64,000 nt of DNA from Alphaproteobacteria bacterium (GTDB taxonomy: Bacteria > Pseudomonadota > Alphaproteobacteria > SP197). The DNA is taken from contig OZ219918.1 of the NCBI GenBank assembly GCA_964291415.2, positions 96,001 through 160,000 on the forward strand, read 5' to 3'. Within the stretch, counting starts at the first letter, position 1; each line of letters starts with the position of its first letter. Below are positions 51,976 through 61,388 of the stretch, piece by piece. Under the pieces are notes generated by a model. The model was not told the DNA's origin, did no database searches, and saw only the letters and a list, made by a program, of their open reading frames with translations. The position numbers and the translations under genes were made by a program.

Positions 51976-52899
51976 TCAGAAACTCTTCGCCCATGGCGCA
52001 ACACGGCGCAAAATCAGGTTCATCGACAGGAGGATCAGAACGACCACGACAACCATGAGGATGGCCATGGTCGCTGAATTGGCCCAGCGCACGTTCGCGA
52101 TCGCTTCGTCGTAGATTGCTGGCGCCAACATCCGGAACCGCGGCGTGCCGAGCAGTATCGGCAGGACAAAATCGCTCAGCACGACAGCGATGACGAGCTG
52201 CAGCCCGGCGATGATGCCGGGCAGGCTCAGGGGAATGACCACCTTCGCAAATGTTGCCGATGCGCCCGCGCCGAGACTCGTGGATGCCAGAAGAACCCGC
52301 ATGTCGATTTTCGCGATGGAGTTGGCAAGGGGCAGAATCATGAGTGGGAGGTACCGGTGGACCATGCCGATGACCATGCCGCTGACCTCGAACAGGATGT
52401 GCACGGGCCCGTCGGTCAGACCCGCCGCCTGCAACAGGTTGTTGATGAGGCCACTGTCCGCGGTGATGATCATCCAGCCGAAAACGCGCGTGATGACGCT
52501 GACAATCAGCGGGGTGTAGATGATCCACAGCAGGAGATTGCGCCTCTCTCCCGCCCACCTCACCAGAAAGAAGGCAAACGGGTAGCCGATGGCGAGGGTC
52601 AGCAAGGCCACTCCGACGGCGACAAGAATGCTGTTGCCGAACAGGCTGGCATAGTAGGTGTCGGTCAGGATTCTGACGTAGTTGTCAATGATGAAATCCT
52701 CGACCATGAGGGCGCCGGGCTCGTCCCAGTTGAAGCTGTTGCGCAGCAGGACAGCCAGCGGAAACAGAAAGAGCGGAATCAGGATGGTCAGCGCCGGAAT
52801 GAGCAGGAACCACGCAAATCGATGCTGCTGAAGAAACAGCCAACGGCTCAGGAATCCTGGTCTCGTCGCGCCCTGAGCCACCGCTGCTTGGGTCGCCAT
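51976..52899 (-). CDS. ABC permease (PotB-like)
   Basis: GYPFA, PL.VS.I.R.FGW, G.IN..L, LGA...TF.KV..PLSLPG. Confidence 0.9.
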   Translation of the reverse strand: MATQAAVAQGATRPGFLSRWLFLQQHRFAWFLLIPALTILIPLFLFPLAVLLRNSFNWDEPGALMVEDFIIDNYVRILTDTYYASLFGNSILVAVGVALLTLAIGYPFAFFLVRWAGERRNLLLWIIYTPLIVSVITRVFGWMIITADSGLINNLLQAAGLTDGPVHILFEVSGMVIGMVHRYLPLMILPLANSIAKIDMRVLLASTSLGAGASATFAKVVIPLSLPGIIAGLQLVIAVVLSDFVLPILLGTPRFRMLAPAIYDEAIANVRWANSATMAILMVVVVVLILLSMNLILRRVAPWAKSF

Positions 52900-52902
52900 G
52901 GC

Positions 52903-54000
52903 TCAGGGCGCCTGGTCGGCCGGGAGCACGTAGCAACGATCAGGTGCAATATCGATGAAGACCTGGTTGCCGACCTCGAACCGCGCCGAGGCCTCGTTTG
53001 ACCGGCTGTCGAGTACGACCTGTTCGTTGCCCAGGTCTATGGCATGCCGTTGGGTGGCTCCCATGAAGCGCGCAAGCGATACGATTCCGGGATTGTTCGC
53101 GTGCACCGGTGTCGGCTGGGAGGACAGCACGATGTCCTCGGCCCGAACGTAGATGTTGACCCGTTGTCCACGACTCAAAGAGAGCGACGAGGGCACGGAC
53201 AGGACCAGTCCACAGTCCGCCCGGACAACGCTCTCGGAGCCGGCAGTTTCCATGACGCCCTTGAGGACATTGGCGGAACCGACGAACTCCAGGACAAAGG
53301 AAGATTTCGGATCCGAATAGATCTCCTGCGGGGTGCCGATCTGGAGTATCTGCCCGTCGCTCATGACAGCGATCCGGTCGGCGATCGTGAAGGCCTCCCG
53401 CTGATCGTGGGTGACGATGATGGTCGTGATTCCGAGTTGACGAAGCAGGATCGAGAGTTCCACCTGCATCTGTTCCCGCAAGTTCTTGTCAAGGGCGCTC
53501 AGGGCCTCGTCGAGGAGCAGCATGACCGGCCTGACTGCGAGTGCGCGCGCGACAGCCACGCGCTGTTGTTGCCCGCCGCTCAGTTCCGAAGGGTATCGGT
53601 CCTCCAGCCCGTCGAGTTTCAGGAGACTGACAACCTCCGCGACCCGCTCCCTGATGACGTTCGACGGCATTCGACGAATGCGCAGCCCGTAACCGATGTT
53701 GCCGGCGGTGGTCATGTGCGGGAACAGGGCATAACTCTGGAACACGATTCCGATGTTGCGGTGATTGGGAGGAATGTCGCGAAGTGATACTCCCCGCAGC
53801 CAAAGGTCGCCGCTGTCGCACGCTTCGAACCCGGCAATGACGTTCAGAAGCGTGGTCTTTCCGCATCCGCTGGGCCCGAGGAGAGCCACCATTTCGCCGC
53901 GCCTGACAGTCAAGTGGCAATCGCGGACGGCACGAACCGGACCGAAGGTCTTGTTGACACCTTCGACCTTGAGTTCGACCTCTTCCTTTCCATTCGACAT
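52903..54000 (-). CDS. ABC ATP-binding protein (PotA-like, TOBE domain)
   Basis: GPSGCGKTT, LSGGQQQRVA, LLDE, VTHDQ.EA. Confidence 0.93.
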   Translation of the reverse strand: MSNGKEEVELKVEGVNKTFGPVRAVRDCHLTVRRGEMVALLGPSGCGKTTLLNVIAGFEACDSGDLWLRGVSLRDIPPNHRNIGIVFQSYALFPHMTTAGNIGYGLRIRRMPSNVIRERVAEVVSLLKLDGLEDRYPSELSGGQQQRVAVARALAVRPVMLLLDEALSALDKNLREQMQVELSILLRQLGITTIIVTHDQREAFTIADRIAVMSDGQILQIGTPQEIYSDPKSSFVLEFVGSANVLKGVMETAGSESVVRADCGLVLSVPSSLSLSRGQRVNIYVRAEDIVLSSQPTPVHANNPGIVSLARFMGATQRHAIDLGNEQVVLDSRSNEASARFEVGNQVFIDIAPDRCYVLPADQAP

Positions 54001-54372
54001 CGATTCAGCACTCACCGTATCGGAGCCACGAACCTGCAATTCGGACGGTGGACCGGAAGGCTGATCGATTGGGAAACAGCCGATGGAGTGAAGGGACCCG
54101 GCATCATGAAGAACGACCGTCGATTACGCGAAATGAACCGCCCACCGACACGTCCGCACGCGCGGCTTTCCGCAGATTGGAAACATCTTCCAGTCTAGTC
54201 CGTGCTGGAAACACTACCAGATCGTCATCCGACATACCAAACAGGGTTCACCAGAAGCGCATCAGGGTCATTTCATATCAAGAAGTTATGCCCACTGTGG
54301 ACGGAGAGCGCGGCGACTTTCGGACAGGCGAGGTGCAAGGAAACCGCACTTGGCCCATGCCTTTGCGAGGTG

Positions 54373-54660
54373 CCGGCGGCGCCCGCTGCCGGGACTCCGT
54401 TGACTGGTCGCCCTGTCCGGTTCGGTGCCCTTCTCCGGATGTCGCCCACACAGGGCCGCTCGTTCCAGTTTGCACCCTGCCTGTGGTTGGCGCGGCTCTC
54501 CAGCCTCATGCCAGCTCTCGCAGGTGGAAGAGGCCGATGCACACAACCGAGACGCGGATTCCGATCAGTTGTCACGGAGGACAGCGATTTCCGCGACACT
54601 GTGCGACAACAGGCCTGAAGACGACGCTGTCGGCACCGGAACAACACCTGTCAGGATGTG
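54373..54660 (+). repeat. Repeat W copy 1 (~288 bp, near identical to 56613-56900)
   Basis: Ungapped match at offset 2240 with few substitutions. Confidence 0.92.
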
Positions 54661-54675
54661 CCCAAGCGGTGGGGG

Positions 54676-54929
54676 CAGGAGGCCCGCCGGGACCGTGCCC
54701 CCGGTGACGTCCCGCGGGCCAACACTCCATCGAGAAGCGCTCTCACCTCCAGCACTCCAAAGAGTGGACCGTCGCCAGCGCGTCGTCCCGGCCTTGTTCG
54801 TCCCTCCATCGCTGCTCATGCCCGTCGTCGCGAGGGAGATGCCGCGGCGGTTCCTCCCAATCGGGGTGAAGCCGGGACCGCTCACGGACCAGGACGATTG
54901 AAACGGCATCGCGAGTGGATCTCGATCCA
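54676..54929 (+). repeat. Repeat X copy 2, including the last codons of the 43425-43873 gene
   Basis: Aligns with 43221-43472; the minus strand encodes WIEIHSRCRFNRPGP*. Confidence 0.85.
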
Positions 54930-55122
54930 CCGCCTTCGGGGACTTGCCGCCGCGCTGTTGCTGGCGTTCGCGGCGCCCGCTGCGACAAGCAATGAGCTGG
55001 GCACCGCCGAGGGGGCGCAGGACATGGTGGCGCGGGCCATCGCCTACTACGACGAGATGGGAGCCGAGGCGGCGCTGGCGAAGTTCAACGCCGGTCCGGC
55101 GCCGGAGTTCCTGGACCGCGCT
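54930..55122 (+). pseudogene. N-terminal fragment of a secreted single Cache-domain protein
   Basis: LAAALLLAFAAPA...GTAEGAQDMVARAIAYY...G.EAALAKFN....F.DR; no start codon and no continuation. Confidence 0.6.
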
Positions 55123-55192
55123 CTCCTGACAACCGGCTCGCCGCGTCCGTGCGACGCGCCGGCTCTCCGGGAGCCCGGGAACACAACTCCTG

Positions 55193-56227
55193 CTACGTCG
55201 CCAGGCTGTAGAGCCTCACCGGTTCGGATCGGCCGCGCAGGTCAATCGGTCCCATATCGGTGAATTCGAACTCCGTGGCGCCGGCAAGGCGGTCGACAAC
55301 GTCAGCCGAAATGAGAAGATCTCTGCCGAGTTTCCTGCAGGCGGCTTCGATTCGCGCCGTCGTGTTCACCGTATCGCCGAGGTAGACGATGTTCCGTTTC
55401 GCCAGTCCGACTTCTCCCACCACGACATTTCCCATGTGGAGGGCAGCTCGAATTCGGGGCTCGGCGCCGTAGGCCTTCACGTATGCGTCGCGACGCTCTT
55501 CCAGGACGCGGCGGATGTGATCGAAACACTGCACGCAACGTCCTCGTCCGAGCCCGCGACCTGTCGTCCACGTCACAATGATCTCGTCGCCGACATAGTC
55601 ATGAATGTCGCCCTGCGCAGCCAATATCGGTTCGGTGGCATCGCAAATGACATCGTTCAGCAGGCGGTGGAACGCGACATGGCCGATCCGCTCGGCCGTC
55701 GCGGTTGAATCCACGAGGTCGATGAACATGAACACCCGTTCTTCGACCCGGGGGTGGTGATAGTAGCCGGTGATCAACCTGATCAGCACTCCGCGACCCA
55801 GCATCCGGTCGATTCTCACAATGAAGTTGAATGTGATGCCTGCGGCGAACGAAGCTCCTATAGCGATGATGAAGTCTCTTCCCAGCCAGCCCCATCCCTC
55901 CGGCTCAACATCGAAGACGAGGAAGCTCGACTGGATCACGAGTGCAAAGACGATCAGATAGATCAAGGTGCGCAACACAAGGCTGACGATAAACGGCGAG
56001 CGATTGAGCCAATGACCCGCCGCAGCCCTGAAGAGGTGCATTTCGAACCCGGTAACGATCAGGCTTATGAGGAAACCATTGTACATCCCGATCAAGACCG
56101 ATACCGGGAAAAGGGGATTGCCCGGACCGCTCATGGCAAGACCGAATGCGCCGCCGCCAACAGTCGAACACGCGATGATGATGAACTGGACGCCGAGGGT
56201 GTTCCGGTCTGTTGAGGTCAGCTGCAT
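55193..56227 (-). CDS. Membrane-bound class III adenylate/guanylate cyclase
   Basis: About 4 TM helices, then MFIDLVDST..AE, YVGDE, YLGDTVNTTARIE. Confidence 0.9.
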   Translation of the reverse strand: MQLTSTDRNTLGVQFIIIACSTVGGGAFGLAMSGPGNPLFPVSVLIGMYNGFLISLIVTGFEMHLFRAAAGHWLNRSPFIVSLVLRTLIYLIVFALVIQSSFLVFDVEPEGWGWLGRDFIIAIGASFAAGITFNFIVRIDRMLGRGVLIRLITGYYHHPRVEERVFMFIDLVDSTATAERIGHVAFHRLLNDVICDATEPILAAQGDIHDYVGDEIIVTWTTGRGLGRGRCVQCFDHIRRVLEERRDAYVKAYGAEPRIRAALHMGNVVVGEVGLAKRNIVYLGDTVNTTARIEAACRKLGRDLLISADVVDRLAGATEFEFTDMGPIDLRGRSEPVRLYSLAT

Positions 56228-56612
56228 GGCGGCGTGACCCCTCTCCGACGGCGAGCGATCGCTGGTCCAGCCTTGTGCCGGACTTGCCAGCCAATGCTGG
56301 ATGCGGTGAGGAGGGTTTGGCGCCAACCGCCATCGTTCGCTTTCCGGGACCGGCCGCTTGGTGGACGCACCGTCGCCGATCGTCCGCCGGGCCGTAGCCG
56401 CTTCCTCCCAGGGCAACCGCGGACGCATTGAGCCTGGTCAGTGGGGCGGGTGAGGACGACGCGTTCCATGTCCGGGGTCTCCCTGTCAGATGCGTGCACC
56501 GGACCGGACTCTAGTCACAGCGGACGGGCATCACCAACGGCTGTTGCGCAAACGAACTGGAGTATTCGCGAACTGTGCGGCACATGCTGTTCGCGCTTCG
56601 CGAATGGTGTGT

Positions 56613-56900
56613 CCGGCGGCGCCCGCTGCCGGGACTCCGTTGACTGGTCGCCCTGTCCGGTTCGGTGCCCTTCTCCGGATGTCGCCCACACAGGGCCGCT
56701 CGTTCCAGTTTGCACCCTGCCTGTGGTCGGCGCGGCTCTCCGGCCTCATGCCAGCTCTCGCAGGTGGAAGAGGCCGATGCGCACAACCGAGACGCGGATT
56801 CCGATCAGGTGTCACGGAGGACAGCGATTTCCGCGACACTGTGCGACAACAGGCCTGAAGACGACGCTGTCGGCACCGGAACAGCACGTGTCAGGATGTG
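56613..56900 (+). repeat. Repeat W copy 2
   Basis: Near identical to 54373-54660. Confidence 0.92.
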
Positions 56901-57021
56901 TCCAAGAGATGGAGGCGCGGAGGTCACAAGGGCGTTCCTGTCTCCTGTGAGATGGCGTCCACCAATCTGGGATTACACACTGCGTCGCGCGATAGTGCGT
57001 CAAGGAATGTGGAGTACGGTC

Positions 57022-57182
57022 GTGCGCTTTCAGGAGTTTGTGGAGGACCAGGTGTTTTCGCCGACTCTCGTCGCTGAAATGCTGCGCACCACAAAGTCGG
57101 AAACCGCTGCAACGCTGTGACTGGGGAGAGACGCGTTCGCGCGCGCATCGCGGATCCGGGCACGGAAAACCCAAAGCCGCCT
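57022..57182 (+). pseudogene. Truncated second copy of the Xre/MbcA antitoxin (44396), with a nonsense codon at 57118
   Basis: VRFQEFVEDQVFSPTLVAE.LRTTKSE.AATL*; upstream 56866-57021 also resembles 44229-44395. Confidence 0.88.
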
Positions 57183-57326
57183 CCGCTCCCCTCCCAAGAG
57201 ACCGCTCCATGTGAGATCGGGTGATCCGTCGGCAAAGAGGTGGCTGACCTTGTCGGGTGTCTGGCGGGCGTGCCGCTCGATCCAGTCGCGGATCGTGCCT
57301 GACGGAGGTTCTGCCCCCGCAGTCAT
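57183..57326 (-). pseudogene. N-terminal remnant of an AMP-binding CoA ligase (SauT-like)
   Basis: MTAGAEPPSGTIRDWIERHARQTPDKVSHLF.DG..DLTWS.L; ATGA overlap with the aldehyde dehydrogenase stop. Confidence 0.65.
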
Positions 57327-57931
57327 CGGCCGCACCCGGCCCAGTAGTCCGCGAACACGTCCTCGAGCGAAGGCTCGTCCGGAGAAATGGTCCGGACCAC
57401 CCTGGTGACGTTGAGAAAGTGCTTCCAGTGGAGGTTTTCGTCGATGGAATTGCCGCCCCAACTGCCGCAGCCCATGGAGAGCGAGAACGGGAGACCGTTG
57501 TCGAAGGAACCGCCGGTGGCGATGGCGTGGGCCTGGTTGACGATGACGCGGCAGACCGGAAGCACACGTCCCAGTTCGATGGCGCGGTCATCGCACGAGG
57601 TATGGAGCCCCACCGAGTGACCGGCTCCCGCATGTTCCAGAACGCGTGCAACGATGGCCCGTCCACGGTTTCGAGAAGTCTCCCGTGGTCGGCGTCGGCG
57701 AAGTCCCAGGCCCGTCGTCCGAACCGCGAGTTCCGCGAGCACCCGGTTGCGGCCCGGCTCCAGGAGCGCCCAGGCCGCTGCCTTGGCGGCCTTGTCGTAG
57801 CGTTCCTGGGGGGCTTGCGCCTCGAAACGCTGCTGCGCCCTCCTTGCCCGGGAAACCAGGTCATCGACGATTGCGGCGTCCTGCGCGGCCGAAGAGGGTG
57901 AGGTCGCCTTGTTCACGGGCGCATCGGTCAT
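57323..57931 (-). pseudogene. Acylating aldehyde dehydrogenase (SauS-like) with a large internal deletion
   Basis: N-terminus (ARRAQ..F...QE..D.A..AAAWA..EP.RNR.LAELAV.TTGLG) is joined to the C-terminus (GHSVGLH, VNQAH..ATGGSFDNGLPFSLSMGCGSWG); only ~200 aa. Confidence 0.8.
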
Positions 57932-58030
57932 GACGGCCGCCGGGAGAGCGGCGACGCGGCACCAGGGGCGAGGGCACATGTTGTCATCGCTCAGTCTCCG
58001 GCTTGAGATGACGGCCGCCGGGAGAGCGGC
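57930..58030 (+). repeat. 23-bp perfect direct repeat ATGACGGCCGCCGGGAGAGCGGC (57930-57952 and 58008-58030)
   Basis: Read directly; 55-bp spacer. Confidence 0.85.
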
Positions 58031-59691
58031 AGCACCTGTTTGCGGCAATGGCATGACGACTCGATCGCGGTGTCGCTCCGGGCAAGGGCGGCCGCCAGGA
58101 GCGGCGCCAGTTCCGCTGCCTCCGTATCCCGGCCAAGGCGCTTCAGGCACTCGTGGTAGCCGTGCAGCCCCCACACGTTGCCGCGATTCTGCAGGCAGCG
58201 CCTGCCTTCATCGTCGAGTCCGAGATCGCGCCGGTAGACCGCTTCGGCTTCCTCCACACATCCCCTTTCCAGCAACAGCGCGCCCAGGGCGTGGCGCGGC
58301 GGATGCATCCAGGGCCAGGGTTCGCTGTAGGCCAGCAGGTCGCTGCGACGCACGGCTTCCCGAAGGTGGGCGAAACCCGTCTCGTGGTCTCCCCGGTGAT
58401 AGGCCAGTTCGCCGCAGAGCATGTCCCGGGCGATCGCCATGATGTTGACCGCCGTGTCGTTGAAGAAGAGACGGGTGTCGGAGAGGTCGTTGCACCCTGA
58501 AATCAGATTGTCCAGTTGCTCCTGTGCCGCATCGAAGTTGCCGAGAGCTGCGTGCGCCACCCCCTTCGCGTAGTGGTGCATCAGGGTGGTCACCACGTAG
58601 AGTTCCGGATGGGCGGGCATGGGAAGGTCCACGATGTCGCGCCACATCCCGAAACGCACCGGCACATGGACCGCCGAGGAACAGTAGTCATCGAGGGTCT
58701 CGACCAGGTGGGGACTGTCCTGGCGGAGCAGGTCAGGCGTGACCGTACGGGACATTTCCCGCGCTGCTTCCATGGCGCTGCCGCGGTCCCCCAGCATCAT
58801 CGCCGCGCTCATCATGGCGTGGAGATCATGGCAGCGCGCGGTCGTGTAGAAGTTGTAGGGTCCCACCCGGCGCGCGTACTTGGCCCCCGCCCGCACGGCC
58901 TTGCGGCTCACCGTGACGGCGTCTGCGTAGCGACCGCACTGCAGGTAGACGTGGCACGGCATGTGGTTGAGGTGGCCGTTGTCGGGTGACAGGTGGTGCA
59001 GACTGTCGGCTGCGGTTCCGCCCAGCTCGGGGGTGCGCGACATCTCCACCACGTGGATGTACATGTGCAACACCCCGGGATGTGGCGCCTCACCGTCCTC
59101 GCCGCGTTTGCGCATGGCGGCTTCCAGCACGGCCTGAGCCTCGAGGGTGTCGGCGCCGCTGGCCGGCTCGCCGGTATCGAGATCCCAGAGCTTCCAGGGC
59201 GTGCGGGTGATCAGGGCCTCCGCGAAGAGGGCGACGACGTCCGCGTCGTCGGGAAAGCGGCGATGGGTGTCGCGCATCCGGTCGGCGAAGGCGTCGTTCC
59301 AGAGGGAAAACTCCTCCATCGGCACGATGTGGCCCTTCTGGTAGCGCGCGGGAAGGGCCTCGATGAGAGCCCGTTCGACCGGTGTCGTGCCGTCCCTCCT
59401 TGCCATCGCCGCCGCGGTGGCGGCACGGCAGGTGTCGAGCGAGTCCCTCGCTTCGGCCTCGCTCTTCCAGCACCATGGCAGATTGATGAAGGGACCGGCG
59501 GCGTAGGCCTCTCCCCAGAACGCCATGGCACAATCCGGATCGGCCCGCTGCGCTTCGCGAAAGCAGAAGATGGCTTCCTCGTGATTGAAGCCGTAGAGCC
59601 ACACCAGGCCACGGTCGAACCAGATCTGCCCCTGACGATTGCGCACGGTGATCGGCCGGGAGTACGCACCAAGATCGAAATCGTAGTCCAT
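57991..59691 (-). CDS. Cytoplasmic TPR-like protein, paralog of 41382-43049
   Basis: FDLG.YSRPIT, Q.WFDRGL.W.YGFNHEEA, HPGVLHMYIH..EMS, GHL.HMPCH, Y.EPW.WMHP.RHALGALL. Confidence 0.85.
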   Translation of the reverse strand: MDYDFDLGAYSRPITVRNRQGQIWFDRGLVWLYGFNHEEAIFCFREAQRADPDCAMAFWGEAYAAGPFINLPWCWKSEAEARDSLDTCRAATAAAMARRDGTTPVERALIEALPARYQKGHIVPMEEFSLWNDAFADRMRDTHRRFPDDADVVALFAEALITRTPWKLWDLDTGEPASGADTLEAQAVLEAAMRKRGEDGEAPHPGVLHMYIHVVEMSRTPELGGTAADSLHHLSPDNGHLNHMPCHVYLQCGRYADAVTVSRKAVRAGAKYARRVGPYNFYTTARCHDLHAMMSAAMMLGDRGSAMEAAREMSRTVTPDLLRQDSPHLVETLDDYCSSAVHVPVRFGMWRDIVDLPMPAHPELYVVTTLMHHYAKGVAHAALGNFDAAQEQLDNLISGCNDLSDTRLFFNDTAVNIMAIARDMLCGELAYHRGDHETGFAHLREAVRRSDLLAYSEPWPWMHPPRHALGALLLERGCVEEAEAVYRRDLGLDDEGRRCLQNRGNVWGLHGYHECLKRLGRDTEAAELAPLLAAALARSDTAIESSCHCRKQVLPLSRRPSSQAGD

Positions 59692-60038
59692 TGCACACGC
59701 CTCGCGCCGCCGACTTGAAGGATGGTCCGGAGCCGGGATTTCCCACGGCAGTCCGGATGAAGTTCAAAGAAGGGTGGTCCGTCGCGGACTTCAGCCGACA
59801 CAGGACCATGCCCGGCCATTCGGCACGGGAGTGTAACGCGTTGGATTTCGGCCTTGAAGGGGCCGACACCACGCGATGCGGAAAGGGGCTGTGATCGTGC
59901 GGTACACGGCCCTTCCCCGAGACGTTCGCCCTGGATCGGGAGCGCATCGCCTGTGCCTTCGTGGTCGCGAGCCAACCGCACCATCCCAGGAAGGGCCGAG
60001 ACCGGGAGACGGACGCGTTCGGGAACAGCGGTGGCTGC

Positions 60039-61349
60039 TTATCCGGCGCCGCCGAAGGGATTGGGCATGCCGTCAGCAAAGCGGCGAAAACGGAAGGGTG
60101 TCAGATCCACGGAGGGAGTCTGGCCCGTCACGAGTTCGGCCGTCACGCGGCCCGCTCCCGGACCAATGCCGAAGCCATGGCCGCTGAACCCGGTGGAGAT
60201 ATGGAATCCGGGAATGCCGTCCACCGTGGAGATCACGGGGATGGCGTCGGGGGTGACATCGATCAGGCCGGCCCAGGTTTCCTCGATGCCGATGTCGGAA
60301 AGAGCCGGAAAGGTGCGCAACAGGTTGGAGAAGGTCTCGATGATCACGTTCCGGTAGGGCTTCGGGTTCATCACGCGGGTGGCCTCAAAGGGGCTCGTGT
60401 CGTCGAGAGTCCATCGCCTGCGGGTCACCATGTCCCGCAGGCTGTGGCGCGACAGGCGAAACTTCAGGGCATTCTTCTCGTGGCGCCACGCGGGCATGAA
60501 GTCGCTCATCCAGCGCAGCGCATCGGGGCCAAGATGGAAGTCGGCCTGGTAGCCGTGAGCCACCGAGTAGCCGCCGTCCTCACGCCGTCTCAATGCGAGA
60601 TCGTTGGCCCAGATCGCGCCTTCGAACACGGACGGCGCCGGCGTGGTCCTCATCACGTTGTTCTGGATGCGAAGCTGGGGAAGGGCGATATCGTGGTTGC
60701 CACAGAAGAGCGACGACCAGATGCCTCCGGCGAGCACCACGGTCGAGGTGGCCGTGATGCCGTGCTCCGTCACCACGCCGGCCACGCGGCCGCGCTTGAG
60801 ATCGAGACCCCGGACCGCACATCCGGTGACGATGCGTCCGCCAAGGCGTTCCGTGGCCCTGGCCAGCGCGGGGACCGCAAGGCGCGGTTCCGCGCGGCCG
60901 TCCGTCGGCGTGTGGAGGGCCGCCTTGAACGCCCCCTTCATGTCGGGAACCAGCGCCTTCAGCTCCGCTGCCGACAGCACCTTCGAGCCAATCTGGAACT
61001 CCTTGGCGTGATCGACAAACGCCTCGAAGGCAGCAATGTCATCGTCGTTCCTTGCGGTATAGAGAACGCCGTTCTGGTGAAACCCGACGTGATCGCCGAT
61101 GTCGGCTTCGATACCCCGCCAGATTCGCAAGGACTCGACAATGAGCGGCAATTCCTCGGGCGCCCGTCCCTGCTGGCGCACGAAACCCCAGTTGCGGCTC
61201 GACTGTTCTCCGGCAATCCGGCCCTTCTCGAAGAGGACGACGGGGATGTTCCGCCTGGCCAGGAAGTAGGCCGTCGACACGCCGATGATTCCGCCACCGA
61301 TCACAACGACCTCAGCCGACTCCGGTATCCGGTCGGTCCCATCGGTCAT
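60039..61349 (-). CDS. FAD-dependent oxidoreductase (DAO/DadA family)
   Basis: VIGGGIIG, GEQSSRNWGFVRQQGR, WAGLID.TPD, GFSGHGFG.GP. Confidence 0.92.
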   Translation of the reverse strand: MTDGTDRIPESAEVVVIGGGIIGVSTAYFLARRNIPVVLFEKGRIAGEQSSRNWGFVRQQGRAPEELPLIVESLRIWRGIEADIGDHVGFHQNGVLYTARNDDDIAAFEAFVDHAKEFQIGSKVLSAAELKALVPDMKGAFKAALHTPTDGRAEPRLAVPALARATERLGGRIVTGCAVRGLDLKRGRVAGVVTEHGITATSTVVLAGGIWSSLFCGNHDIALPQLRIQNNVMRTTPAPSVFEGAIWANDLALRRREDGGYSVAHGYQADFHLGPDALRWMSDFMPAWRHEKNALKFRLSRHSLRDMVTRRRWTLDDTSPFEATRVMNPKPYRNVIIETFSNLLRTFPALSDIGIEETWAGLIDVTPDAIPVISTVDGIPGFHISTGFSGHGFGIGPGAGRVTAELVTGQTPSVDLTPFRFRRFADGMPNPFGGAG

Positions 61350-61388
61350 GAAGCAGGTGTCCCCGGCAACTTCGGCACGGTGGCCGCT

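Noticed and set aside
57118-57120. In-frame TGA in the antitoxin copy read as selenocysteine
   Set aside because: It aligns to GGA (Gly) in the intact paralog and the copy is truncated, so it is a nonsense mutation
59700-60030. Short ORFs or a structured RNA between the TPR and DAO genes
   Set aside because: No recognisable motif, RBS or convincing fold
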